From Chrysomallon squamiferum (Eukaryota; Animalia; Mollusca), in NCBI GenBank assembly GCA_012295275.1, contig CM022679.1, positions 8,680,001-8,744,000 on the forward strand: a DNA stretch of 64,000 bases, given 5' to 3'. Of this stretch, positions 1 to 13,475 are shown piece after piece (positions within the stretch are counted from its first letter, which is position 1; each line of letters opens with the position of its first letter). The notes under the pieces were generated by a model that saw only the letters and a list, made by a program, of their open reading frames with translations, searched no databases and was not told where the DNA came from. Both the position numbers and the translations under genes were made by a program.

Positions 1-443
1 TAGCTCCAACTCCAAATCAATACTTTCATCACCAAACACATCAATTTTTTCAGGCACAGAATTAATAAAATCTGTGAGTTTTTTCTGCATACTGCCATCA
101 TCAACTACTTTCATAAAATTAGTGAACTCTTTTTCAGAAGATATGCTGAAGTATGATTTACCATCTTTGACTTCTTCAAAATGAATGAAAGAATCATCTT
201 TGAAAATAGTCTGCAACTTTTCCTTACATAACAGATTAAAGACAAAATTCTTCTGGGCATAGGTGGCCTGTAACTCTTCTGGAGTAACATAAATGTTAAG
301 ATCAACCGAAAAAACTGAAATTGAGAAGTACACACTTGCTAACTGCCAGACAAATAGATCATTTAATAAACATATGTACTTGTATAAAAAGCCAGTTTAC
401 AAAAGAAATTATTAAGTTTTTAATGTAGTTTTATATGAGTTTA

Positions 444-517
<74 letters not shown>

Positions 518-889
518 GTGCGGGGTTATGTAGACAAAATTAATATTTATCATCCAAAAAAAAATAATAATAAAAAAATAACAAATATGATTACCTAGAT
601 TTTTATTTCTTTATCTTCAACAATGTGATCTTATGTCCATGTAAATTTATAACTGCTAACATTTTATATTTTACATATGGACTGCCATTCAGTAAACTGG
701 CTGGACAAATAGTTGTTTAGATATTTTACATAATAAAAAAAAAAAAGAAAAAAAGAGCAGGAAGAAGAGAATATGTCTTTGCTTTAAATATTATTTAGTT
801 GCTTGTGCATGTGTTTGAAGAAAGATATTACCAAATGGTTCAACAAGGATGGGTGGATCCTTTTCCAGTTCTGCACTTTTTTCTGCCAT
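1..889 (-). CDS. Unidentified protein-coding gene, 5' coding part; continues off the left edge
   Basis: An exon with acceptor ttttgcag| (starts at 973) has an ATG at 889 and encodes MAEKSAELEKDPPILVEPF up to a phase-1 donor G|gtaata at 832/831. The next exon (atttcag| at 314) is phase-compatible and open for 104 codons to position 1: (V)FSVDLNIYVTPEELQATYAQKNFVFNLLCKEKLQTIFKDDSFIHFEEVKDGKSYFSISSEKEFTNFMKVVDDGSMQKKLTDFINSVPEKIDVFGDESIDLELEL. This frame is absent from the ORF track. Confidence 0.7.
449..514. repeat. (GA)n microsatellite, about 33 units, intronic
   Basis: Read directly from the sequence. Confidence 0.97.
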
Positions 890-1240
890 GCTGTATTTGA
901 AAGAACTACTGTACTTGCTCCTTGACAAAATTCATACATCTTCCATGAGACTCTTTGCTTTGTTTTTCTTTCCTGCAAAATAAAATTATGTTCACTAAAA
1001 CCTATACTTCTTTATTAGTAGTTTTTAACAAACAAAAACAACAAAAGCAGTGTATAAAGCTATTGAAAAATTTGTCAGTGATCCTATTTAATGATTCTAT
1101 GTAATTTTATATTTTTCTAGAAAAACAAATTAGAAAAGAGTGTAATAAAAAACAAAGTTAGGGTAAAACCTGATAGAAGAGAATAGTTTAATTTATTATC
1201 TGGGTAGAATATTAACAAACATTTATCCTTGTTCAAGAAA

Positions 1241-1309
1241 TGTACTAAAATATATCACTGGCTCTTAACTCAGTCATGTATGGTTTAATTTACTTTGATA
1301 GTTGTTAAC

Positions 1310-1348
<39 letters not shown>

Positions 1349-2298
1349 TATTATTATTATTATTATTATTAATAATAAATAAATAAATAAACATTATTGG
1401 CAACTGTGTCAAAATAACACTATTTAAAAAATAATAATAATTTTAAAACATTTAAAGAAAGATTTGTTGTGGAGAATGAAGTGCTAGTAATATTGGATTA
1501 CAGTCAGTGTTTTTGTTTTGACTGTGAAACAAACTGCTATTAAACTCACACTCTCACGATTCTAGTATTGAAGTTAATTAACAAAAGAATTAATAAATCA
1601 AACTGGATGATATATAATATTTGTTAATAAAATTTAATGAAAACAACATGACAAAATGAAATGTTACCTGAAATAAAATAAATATTTCCTTATCAACTAG
1701 AACTTGTGAAACCAACCTCTGACCTTTTACATTGATATTGGCACAAACCATTAGATAACGTGGGTGTTATGGAATATTTATGGTTTTAATATAAATGAGG
1801 GAGAGGGGAAAGGAAAATGATATCCTTACAGATTATACATACACACATATACACAAACATACATTTAAAATAAAATTTTAAATCTATTTAAATATGCCCC
1901 AATACGAAGAAAAATTAAATAAATAAAAATATTGAATAAATAAATATTAGCAGCAACTGTGTGAAAAGAAGATTATTTTTAGTAACGAAGAAAAGATAGA
2001 GAAGTATTTTCTAATTTTGTTCCCACCCATACATTTTTTCTGCTGATCAGTTTTCCATTCAAATCATTTCCCACTATTTCTGAATAATATTATATATTTC
2101 AAGAAAAACACATTGTAAGAAAGTCTAAATAAAAAGAAAGAAAAAATACAAAGTGACAGAAGAAATTAGTTTAGTTTTCTTCTTGGGTGAAACATCAACA
2201 AATATTTATGTGTTAAAGAAAATAAAAAAATTTAAATTGTACTAAAATATATCACTGGCTCTTTACTGAGTCATGTTCGGTTTCATTTACTTTGATAT

Positions 2299-2343
<45 letters not shown>

Positions 2344-4408
2344 TTAAAATCAAGTTAAGTTTACTCTCTTCCAAATAAACATAAAATAAGTAAAAATAAT
2401 AAATAAATAAACATTATTAGCAACTGTGTCAAAATAACACTATTTAAAAAATAATAATAATTTTAAAAGATTTAAAGAAAGATTTGTTGTGGAGAATGAA
2501 GTGCTAGTAATATTGAATTACTGTCACTGTTTTTGTTTTGACTGTGAAACAAACTGCTGTTAAACTCACACTCTCACGATTCTAGTATTGAAATTAATTA
2601 ACAAAAGAATTAATAAATCAAACTGGATGATATCTAATATTTGTTAATAAAATTTAATGAAAACAACATGACAAAAAGAAATGTTACCTGAAATAAAATA
2701 AATATTTCCTTATCAACTAGAACTTGTGAAACCAACCTCTGGCCTTTTACACTGATATTGGCACAAACCATTAGATAACGGGGGTGTTATGGAATATTTA
2801 TGGTTTTAATATAAATGAGTGAGAGGGGAAAGGAAAATGATATCCTTACAATCAGATAACAGGGGTGTTATGGAATATATTTATGGTTTTAATATAAATG
2901 AGAGAGAGGGGAAAGGAAAATGATATCCTTACAGATTATACATACACACATATACACAGACATACATTTAAAATAAAATTTTAAATCTATTTAAATATGC
3001 CCCAATACGAAGAAAAATTAAATAAATAAAAATATTGAATAAATAAATATTAGCAGCAACTGTGTGAAAAGAAGATTATTTTTAGTAAGGAAGAAAAGAT
3101 AGAGAAGTATTTTCTAATTTTGGTCCCACCCATACATTTTTTCTGCTGATCAGTTTTCCATTCAAATCATTTCCCACTATTTCTGAATAATATTATATAT
3201 TTCAAGAAAAACACATTGTAAGAAAGTCTAAATGAAAAAAAGAAAAAAAAATACAAAGTGACAGAAGAAATTAGTTTAGTTTTCTTCTTGGGTGAAACAT
3301 CAACAAATATTTATGTGTTGAAGAAAATAAAAAAATTTAAATTGCACTAAAATATATCACTGGCTCTTTACTGAGTCATGTTTGGTTTAATTTACTTTGA
3401 TATTTAATAATAATAATAATAATAATAATAAATTTAAAAACAAGTTAAGTTTACTCTCATCCAAATAAAAATAAAATAAGTAAAAATAATAGATAAATAA
3501 ACATTATTAGCAACTGTGTCAAAATAACACTATTTAAAAAATAATAATAATTTTAAAAGATTTAAAGAAAGATTTGTTGTGGAGAATGAAGTGCTAGTAA
3601 TATTGGATTAATGTCAGTGTTTTTGTTTTGACTGTGAAACAAACTGCTGTTAAACTCACACTCTCACGATTCTAGTATTGAAATTAATTAACAAAAGAAT
3701 TAATAAATCAAACTGGATGATATCTAATATTTGTTAATAAAATTTAATGAAAACAACATGACAAAATGAAATGTTACCTGAAATAAAATAAATATTTCCT
3801 TATCAACTAGAACTTGTGAAACCAACCTCTGACCTTTTACATTGATATTGGCACAAACCATTAGATAACGGGGGTGTTATGGAATATTTATGGTTTTAAT
3901 ATAAATGAGGGAGAGGGGAAAGGAAAATGATATCCTTACAGATTATACATACACACATATACACAGACATACATTTAAAATAAAATTTTAAATCTATTTA
4001 AATATGCCCCAATACGAAGAAAAATTAAATAAATAAAAATACTGAATAAATAAATATTAGCAGCAACTGGGTGAAAAGAAGATTATTTTTAGTAACGAAG
4101 AAAAGATAGAGAAGTATTTTCTAATTTTGTTCCCACCCATACATTTTTTCTGCTGATCAGTTTTCCATTCAAATCATTTCCCACTATTTCTGAATAATAT
4201 TATATATTTCAAGAAAAACACATTGTAAGAAAGTCTAAATGAAAAGAAAGAAAAAATACAAAGTGACAGAAGAAATTAGTTTAGTTTTCTTCTTGGGTGA
4301 AACATCAACAAATATTTATGTGTTAAAGAGAATAATTTTTTTTAAATTGTACTAAAATATATCACTGGCTCTTTACTGAGTCATGTATGGTTTAATTTAC
4401 TTTGATAT

Positions 4409-4456
<48 letters not shown>

Positions 4457-5432
4457 TTAAAACCATGTTAAGTTTACTCTCATCCAAATAAAAATAAAAT
4501 AAGTAAAAATAATAAATAAATAAACATTATTAGCAACTGTGTCAAAATAACACTATTTAAAAAATAATAATAATTTTAAAAGATTTAAAGAAAGATTTGT
4601 TGTGGAGAATGAAGTGCTAGTAATATTGTATTACTGTCAGTGTTTTTTGTTTTGACTGTGAAACAAACTAATATTAAACTCACACTCTCACGATTCTAGT
4701 ATTGAAATTAATTAACAAAAGAATTAATAAATCAAACTGGATGATATCTAATATTTGTTAATAAAATTTAATGAAAACAACATGACAAAATGAAATGTTA
4801 CCTGAAATAAAATAAATATTTCCTTATCAACTAGAACTTGTGAAACCAGCCTCTGACCTTTTACATTGATATTGGCACAAACCATTAGATAACGGGGGTG
4901 TTATGGAATATTTATGGTTTTAATATAAATGAAGGAGAGGGGAAAGGAAAATGATATCCTTACAGATTATACATACACACATATACACAGACATACATTT
5001 AAAATAAAATTTTAAATCTATTTAAATATGCCCCAATACGAAGAAAAATTAAATAAATAAAAATATTAAATAAATAAATATTAGCAGCAACTGTGTGAAA
5101 AGAAGATTATTTTTAGTAACGAAGAAAAGATAGAGAAGTATTTTCTAATTTTGGTCCCACCCATACATTTTTTCTGCTGATCAGTTTTCCATTCAAATCA
5201 TTTCCCACTACTTCTGAATAATATTATATATTTCAAGAAAAACACATTGTAAGAAAGTCTAAATGAAAAGAAAGAAAAAATACAAAGTGACAGAAGAAAT
5301 TAGTTTAGTTTTCTTCTTGGGTGAAACATCAACAAATATTTATGTGTTGAAGAAAATAAAAAAATTTAAATTGTACTAAAATATATCACTGGCTCTTTAC
5401 TGAGTCATGTTTGGTTTAATTTACTTTGATAT

Positions 5433-5471
<39 letters not shown>

Positions 5472-6446
5472 TTAAAATCAAGTTAAGTTTACTCTCATCC
5501 AAATAAAAATAAAATAAGTAAAAATAATAAATAAATAAACATTATTAGCAACTGTGTCAAAATAACACTATTTAAAAAATAATAATAATTTTAAAAGATT
5601 TAAAGAAAGATTTGTTGTGGAGAATGAAGTGCTAGTAATATTGGATTACAGTCAGTGTTTTTGTTTTGACTGTGAAACAAACTGCTGTTAAACTCACACT
5701 CTCACGATTCTAGTATTGAAATTAATTAACAAAAGAATTAATAAATCAAATTGGATGATATCTAATATTTGTTAATAAAATTTAATGAAAACTACATGAC
5801 AAAATGAAATGTTACCTGAAATAAAATAAATATTTCCTTATCAACTAGAACTTGTGAAACCAACCTCTGACCTTTTACATTGATATTGGCACAAACCATT
5901 AGATAACGGGGGTGTTATGGAATATTTACGGTTTTAATATAAATGAGTGAGAGGGGAAAGGAAAATGATATCCTTACAGATTATACATACACACATATAC
6001 ACAGACATACATTTAAAATAAAATTTTAAATCTATTTAAATATGCCCCAATACGAAGAAAAATTAAATAAATAAAAATATTGAATAAATAAATATTAGCA
6101 GCAACTGTGTGAAAAGAAGATTATTTTTAGTAACGAAGAAAAGATAGAGAAGTATTTTCTAATTTTGTTCCCACCCATACATTTTTTCTGCTGATCAGTT
6201 TTCCATTCAAATCATTTCCCACTATTTCTGAATAATATTATATATTTCAAGAAAAACACATTGTAAGAAAGTCTAAATGAAAAGAAAGAAAAAATACAAA
6301 GTGACAGAAGAAATTAGTTTAGTTTTCTTCTTGGGTGAAACATCAACAAATATTTATGTGTTAAAGAGAATAAAATTTTTTAAATTGTACTAAAATATAT
6401 CACTGGCTCTTTACTGAGTCATGTATGGTTTAATTTACTTTGATAT

Positions 6447-6488
<42 letters not shown>

Positions 6489-7464
6489 TTAAAACCATGT
6501 TAAGTTTACTCTCATCCATATAAAAATAAAATAAGTAAAAATAATAGATAAATAAACATTATTAGCAACTGTGTCAAAATAACACTATTTAAAAAATAAT
6601 AATAATTTTAAAAGATTTAAAGAAAGATTTGTTGTGGAGAATGAAGTGCTAGTAATATTGGATTACAGTCAGTGTTTTTGTTTTGACTGTGAAACAAACT
6701 GCTGTTAAACTCACACTCTCACGATTCTAGTATTGAAATTAATTAACAAAAGAATTAATAAATCAAATTGGATGATATCTAATATTTGTTAATAAAATTT
6801 AATGAAAACTACATGACAAAATGAAATGTTACCTGAAATAAAATAAATATTTCCTTATCAACTAGAACTTGTGAAACCAACCTCTGACCTTTTACATTGA
6901 TATTGGCACAAACCATTAGATAACGGGGGTGTTATGGAATATTTATGGTTTTAATATAAATGAGGTAGAGGGGAAAGGAAAATGATATCCTTACAGATTA
7001 TACATACACACATATACACAGACATACATTTAAAATAAAATTTTAAATCTATTTAAATATGCCCCAATACGAAGAAAAATTAAATAAATAAAAATATTGA
7101 ATAAATAAATATTAGCAGCAACTGTGTGAAAAGAAGATTATTTTTAGTAACGAAGAAAAGATAGAGAAGTATTTTCTAATTTTGTTCCCACCCATACATT
7201 TTTTCTGCTGATCAGTTTTCCATTCAAATCATTTCCCACTATTTCTGAATAATATTATATATTTCAAGAAAAACACATTGTAAGAAAGTCTAAATGAAAA
7301 GAAAGAAAAAATACAAAGTGACAGAAGAAATTAGTTTAGTTTTCTTCTTGGGTGAAACATCAACAAATATTTATGTGTTGAAGAAAATAAAAAAATTTAA
7401 ATTGTACTAAAATATATCACTGGCTCTTTACTGAGTCATGTTTGGTTTAATTTACTTTGATATT

Positions 7465-7515
<51 letters not shown>

Positions 7516-9496
7516 TTAAAATCAAGTTAAGTTTACTCTCATCCAAATAAAAATAAAATAAGTAAAAATAATAGATAAATAAACATTATTAGCAACTGTG
7601 TCAAAATAACACTATTTAAAAAATAATAATAATTTTAAAAGATTTAAAGAAAGATTTGTTGTGGAGAATGAAGTGCTAGTAATATTGGATTAATGTCAGT
7701 GTTTTTGTTTTGACTGTGAAACAAACTGCTGTTAAACTCACACTCTCACGATTCTAGTATTGAAATTAATTAACAAAAGAATTAATAAATCAAACTGGAT
7801 GATATCTAATATTTGTTAATAAAATTTAATGAAAACAACATGACAAAATGAAATGTTACCTGAAATAAAATAAATATTTCCTTATCAACTAGAACTTGTG
7901 AAACCAACCTCTGACCTTTTACATTGATATTGGCACAAACCATTAGATAACGGGGGTGTTATGGAATATTTATGGTTTTAATATAAATGAGGGAGAGGGG
8001 AAAGGAAAATGATATCCTTACAGATTATACATACACACATATACACAGACATACATTTAAAATAAAATTTTAAATCTATTTAAATATGCCCCAATACGAA
8101 GAAAAATTAAATAAATAAAAATATTGAATAAATAAATATTAGCAGCAACTGTGTGAAAAGAAGATTATTTTTAGTAACGAAGAAAAGATAGAGAAGTATT
8201 TTCTAATTTTGTTCCCACCCATACATTTTTTCTGCTGATCAGTTTTCCATTCAAATCATTTCCCACTATTTCGGAATAATATTATATATTTCAAGAAAAA
8301 CACATTGTAAGAAATTCTAAATGAAAAGAAAGAAAAAATACAAAGTGACAGAAGAAATTAGTTTAATTTTCTTCTTGGGTGAAACATCAACAAATATTTA
8401 TGTGTTGAAGAAAATAAAAAAATTTAAATTGCACTAAAATATATCACTGGCTCTTTACTGAGTCATGTTTGGTTTAATTTACTTTGATATTTAATAATAA
8501 TAATAATAATAATAATAAATTTAAAATCAAGTTAAGTTTACTCTCATCCAAATAAAAATAAAATAAGTAAAAATAATAGATAAATAAACATTATTAGCAA
8601 CTGTGTCAAAATAACACTATTTAAAAAATAATAATAATTTTAAAAGATTTAAAGAAAGATTTGTTGTGGAGAATGAAGTGCTAGTAATATTGGATTAATG
8701 TCAGTGTTTTTGTTTTGACTGTGAAACAAACTGCTGTTAAACTCACACTTTCACGATTCTAGTATTGAAATTAATTAACAAAAGAATTAATAAATCAAAC
8801 TGGATGATATCTAATATTTGTTAATAAAATTTAATGAAAACTACATGACAAAATGAAATGTTACCTGAAATAAAATAAATATTTCCTTATCAACTAGAAC
8901 TTGTGAAACCAACCTCTGACCTTTTACATTGATATTGGCACAAACCATTAGATAACGGAGGTGTTATGGAATATTTATGGTTTTAATATAAATGAGGGAG
9001 AGGGGAAAGGAAAATGATATCCTTACAGATTATACATAAACACATATACACAGACATACATTTAAAATAAAATTTTAAATCTATTTAAATATGCCCCAAT
9101 ACGAAGAAAAATTAAATAAATAAAAATATTGAATAAATAAATATTAGCAGCAACTGTGTGAAAAGAAGATTATTTTTAGTAACGAAGAAAAGATAGAGAA
9201 GTATTTTCTAATTTTGTTCCCACCCATACATTTTTTCTGCTGATCAGTTTTCCATTCAAATCATTTCCCACTATTTCTGAATAATATTATATATTTCAAG
9301 AAAAACACATTGTAAGAAAGTCTAAATGAAAAGAAAGAAAAAATACAAAGTGACAGAAGAAATTAGTTTAGTTTTCTTCTTGGGTGAAACATCAACAAAT
9401 ATTTATGTGTTAAAGAAAATAAAAATTTTTTAAATTGTACTAAAATATATCACTGGCTCTTTACTGAGTCATGTATGGTTTTATTTACTTTGATAT

Positions 9497-9547
<51 letters not shown>

Positions 9548-10523
9548 TTGAAACCATGTTAAGTTTACTCTCATCCAAATAAAAATAAAATAAGTAAAAA
9601 TAATAAATAAATAAACATTATTAGCAACTGTGTCAAAATAACACTATTTAAAAAATAATAATAATTTTAAAAGATTTAAAGAAAGATTTGTTGTGGAGAA
9701 TGAAGTGCTAGTAATATTGGATTACAGTCAGTGTTTTTGTTTTGACTGTGAAACAAACTGCTGTTAAACTCACACTCTCACGATTCTAGTATTGAAATTA
9801 ATTAACAAAAGAATTAATAAATCAAATTGGATGATATCTAATATTTGTTAATAAAATTTAATGAAAACTACATGACAAAATGAAATGTTACCTGAAATAA
9901 AATAAATATTTCCTTATCAACTAGAACTTGTGAAACCAACCTCTGACCTTTTACATTGATATTGGCACAAACCATTAGATAACGGGGTGTTATGGAATAT
10001 TTATGGTTTTAATATAAATGAGGTAGAGGGGAAAGGAAAATGATATCCTTACAGATTATACATACACACATATACACAGACATACATTTAAAATAAAATT
10101 TTAAATCTATTTAAATATGCCCCAATACGAAGAAAAATTAAATAAATAAAAATATTGAATAAATAAATATTAGCAGCAACTGTGTGAAAAGAAGATTATT
10201 TTTAGTAACGAAGAAAAGATAGAGAAGTATTTTCTAATTTTGTTCCCACCCATACATTTTTTCTGCTGATCAGTTTTCCATTCAAATCATTTCCCACTAT
10301 TTCTGAATAATATTATATATTTCAAGAAAAACACATTGTAAGAAAGTCTAAATGAAAAGAAAGAAAAAATACAAAGTGACAGAAGAAATTAGTTTAGTTT
10401 TCTTCTTGGGTGAAACATCAACAAATATTTATGTGTTGAAGAAAATAAAAAAATTTAAATTGTACTAAAATATATCACTGGCTCTTTACTGAGTCATGTT
10501 TGGTTTAATTTACTTTGATATTT

Positions 10524-10559
<36 letters not shown>

Positions 10560-11534
10560 TTAAAACCATGTTAAGTTTACTCTCATCCATATAAAAATAA
10601 AATAAGTAAAAATAATAAATAAATAAACATTATTAGCAACTGTGTCAAAATAACACTATTTAAAAAATAATAATAATTTTAAAAGATTTAAAGAAAGATT
10701 TGTTGTGGAGAATGAAGTGCTAGTAATATTGGATTACAGTCAGTGTTTTTGTTTTGACTGTGAAACAAACTGCTGTTAAACTCACACTCTCACGATTCTA
10801 GTATTGAAATTAATTAACAAAAGAATTAATAAATCAAATTGGATGATATCTAATATTTGTTAATAAAATTTAATGAAAACTACATGACAAAATGAAATGT
10901 TACCTGAAATAAAATAAATATTTCCTTATCAACTAGAACTTGTGAAACCAACCTCTGACCTTTTACATTGATATTGGCACAAACCATTAGATAACGGGGG
11001 TGTTATGGAATATTTATGGTTTTAATATAAATGAGGTAGAGGGGAAAGGAAAATGATATCCTTACAGATTATACATACACACATATACACAGACATACAT
11101 TTAAAATAAAATTTTAAATCTATTTAAATATGCCCCAATACGAAGAAAAATTAAATAAATAAAAATATTGAATAAATAAATATTAGCAGCAACTGTGTGA
11201 AAAGAAGATTATTTTTAGTAACGAAGAAAAGATAGAGAAGTATTTTCTAATTTTGTTCCCACCCATACATTTTTTCTGCTGATCAGTTTTCCATTCAAAT
11301 CATTTCCCACTATTTCTGAATAATATTATATATTTCAAGAAAAACACATTGTAAGAAAGTCTAAATGAAAAGAAAGAAAAAATACAAAGTGACAGAAGAA
11401 ATTAGTTTAGTTTTCTTCTTGGGTGAAACATCAACAAATATTTATGTGTTGAAGAAAATAAAAAAATTTAAATTGTACTAAAATATATCACTGGCTCTTT
11501 ACTGAGTCATGTTTGGTTTAATTTACTTTGATAT

Positions 11535-11576
<42 letters not shown>

Positions 11577-12594
11577 TTAAAATCAAGTTAAGTTTACTCT
11601 CATCCAAATAAAAATAAAATAAGTAAAAATAATAGATAAATAAACATTATTAGCAACTGTGTCAAAATAACACTATTTAAAAAATAATAATAATTTTAAA
11701 AGATTTAAAGAAAGATTTGTTGTGGAGAATGAAGTGCTAGTAATATTGGATTAATGTCAGTGTTTTTGTTTTGACTGTGAAACAAACTGCTGTTAAACTC
11801 ACACTCTCACGATTCTAGTATTGAAATTAATTAACAAAAGAATTAATAAATCAAACTGGATGATATCTAATATTTGTTAATAAAATTTAATGAAAACAAC
11901 ATGACAAAATGAAATGTTACCTGAAATAAAATAAATATTTCCTTATCAACTAGAACTTGTGAAACCAACCTCTGACCTTTTACATTGATATTGGCACAAA
12001 CCATTAGATAATGGGACTGTTATGGAATATTTATGGTTTTAATATAAATGGTGAGAGGTTATGGAATATTTATGGTTTTAATTTATAAATGAGAGAGAGG
12101 GGAAAGGAAAATGATATCCTTACAGATTATAGATATACACATATACGCAGACATACATTTAAAATAAAATTTTAAATCTATTTCAATTTGCCCCAGTACG
12201 AAGAAAAATTAAATAAATAAAAATATTGAATAAATAAATATTAGCAGCAACTGTGTGAAAAGAAGATTATTTTTAGTAACGAAGAAAAGATAGAGAAGTA
12301 TTTTCTAATTTTGGTCCCACCCATACATTTTTTCTGCTGATCAGTTTTCCATTCAAATCATTTCCCACTACTTCTGAATAATATTATATATTTCAAGAAA
12401 AACACATTGTAAGAAAGTCTAAATGAAAAGAAAGAAAAAATAAAAAATGACAGAAGAAATTAGTTTAGTTTTCTTCTTGGGTAAAACATCAACAAATATT
12501 TATGTGTTAAAGAAAATTAAAAAATTTAAATTGTACTAAAATATATCACTGGCTCTTTACTGAGTCATGTATGGTTTAATTTACTTTGATATTT

Positions 12595-12637
<43 letters not shown>

Positions 12638-13475
12638 TTAAAACCATGTTAAGTTTACTCTCATCCATATAAAAATAAAATAAGTAAAAATAATAAATAA
12701 ATAAACATTATTAGCAACTGTGTCAAAATAACACTATTTAAAAATTAATATTAATTTTAAAAGATTTAAAGAAAGATTTGTTGTGGAGAATGAAGTGCTA
12801 GTAATGTTGGATTACAGTCAGTGTTTTTGTTTTGACTGTGAAACAAACTGCTATTAAACTCACACTCTCACGATTCTAGTATTGAAATTAATTAACAAAA
12901 GAATTAATAAATCAAACTGGATGATATCTAATATTTGTTAATAAAATTTAATGAAAACAACATGACAAAATGAAATGTTACCTGAAATAAAATAAATATT
13001 TCCTTATCAACTAGAACTTGTGAAACCAACCTCTGACCTTTTACATTGATATTGGCACAAACCATTAGATAACGGGGCTGTTATGGAATATTTATGGTTT
13101 TAATATAAATGAGTGAGAGGGGAAAGGAAAATGATATCCTTACAATCAGATAACAGGGGTGTTATGGAATATTTATGGTTTTAATATAAGTGAGGGAGAG
13201 GGGAAAGGAAATTATACATATACACATATACACACATATATACATTTAAAATAACGTTTTAAATCTATTTAAATATGCCCCAATACGAAGAAAAATTAAA
13301 TAAATAAAAATATTGTTTAAATAAATATTAGCAGCAACTAGGTGATAGTAAAAATTATTTTTAGTAACAAAGAAAAGATAGAGAAGTATTTTCTAATTTT
13401 GTTCTCACCCATACATTTTTTCTTCTGATTAGTTTTCCATTCAAATCATTTCCCACTATTTCTGAATAATACTAT
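1241..13475. repeat. Tandem array of 12 near-identical ~1.02 kb non-coding units
   Basis: The anchor gttacctgaaataaaataaatatttccttatcaactagaacttgtgaaacc recurs with its cc dinucleotide at 1667, 2687, 3777, 4801, 5815, 6832, 7859, 8864, 9891, 10903, 11920 and 12981. Units differ by SNPs and a variable (AAT)n tract. The ORF track shows no ORF of 60 aa or more in the array. Confidence 0.97.
1660..1770 (-). promoter_or_regulatory. Candidate promoter/leader-exon or recursive-splice (AG|GT) module; proximal copy, present in every array unit
   Basis: The minus strand reads GTGCCAATATCAATGTAAAAGGTCAGAGGTTGGTTTCACAAGTTCTAGTTGATAAGGAAATATTTATTTTATTTCAG|GTAACA: a CCAAT, an AGGTCA-n-AGGTTG direct repeat, then a T-rich tract, CAG and a GTAAC donor. 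It lies about 0.7 kb upstream of the acceptor (974) of the left gene's ATG exon. Confidence 0.5.

Noticed and set aside
595-700. Possible cassette exon (ccag|...TAG|gtaatc) in the left gene
   Set aside because: It has in-frame stops with either acceptor. It could only be a poison exon and has no other support.
1241-13475. The array as spliced-leader RNA, snRNA, 5S rRNA, snoRNA or histone gene repeats
   Set aside because: No recognisable 5S, U snRNA or histone sequence. No canonical box C (RTGATGA) conserved across module copies. No match to spliced-leader sequences I can recall and no convincing Sm site. A novel small RNA cannot be excluded without an Infernal search or small-RNA data.
1241-13475. 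CRISPR-like array
   Set aside because: Units are ~1 kb and near-identical with no unique spacers, and the context is eukaryotic.
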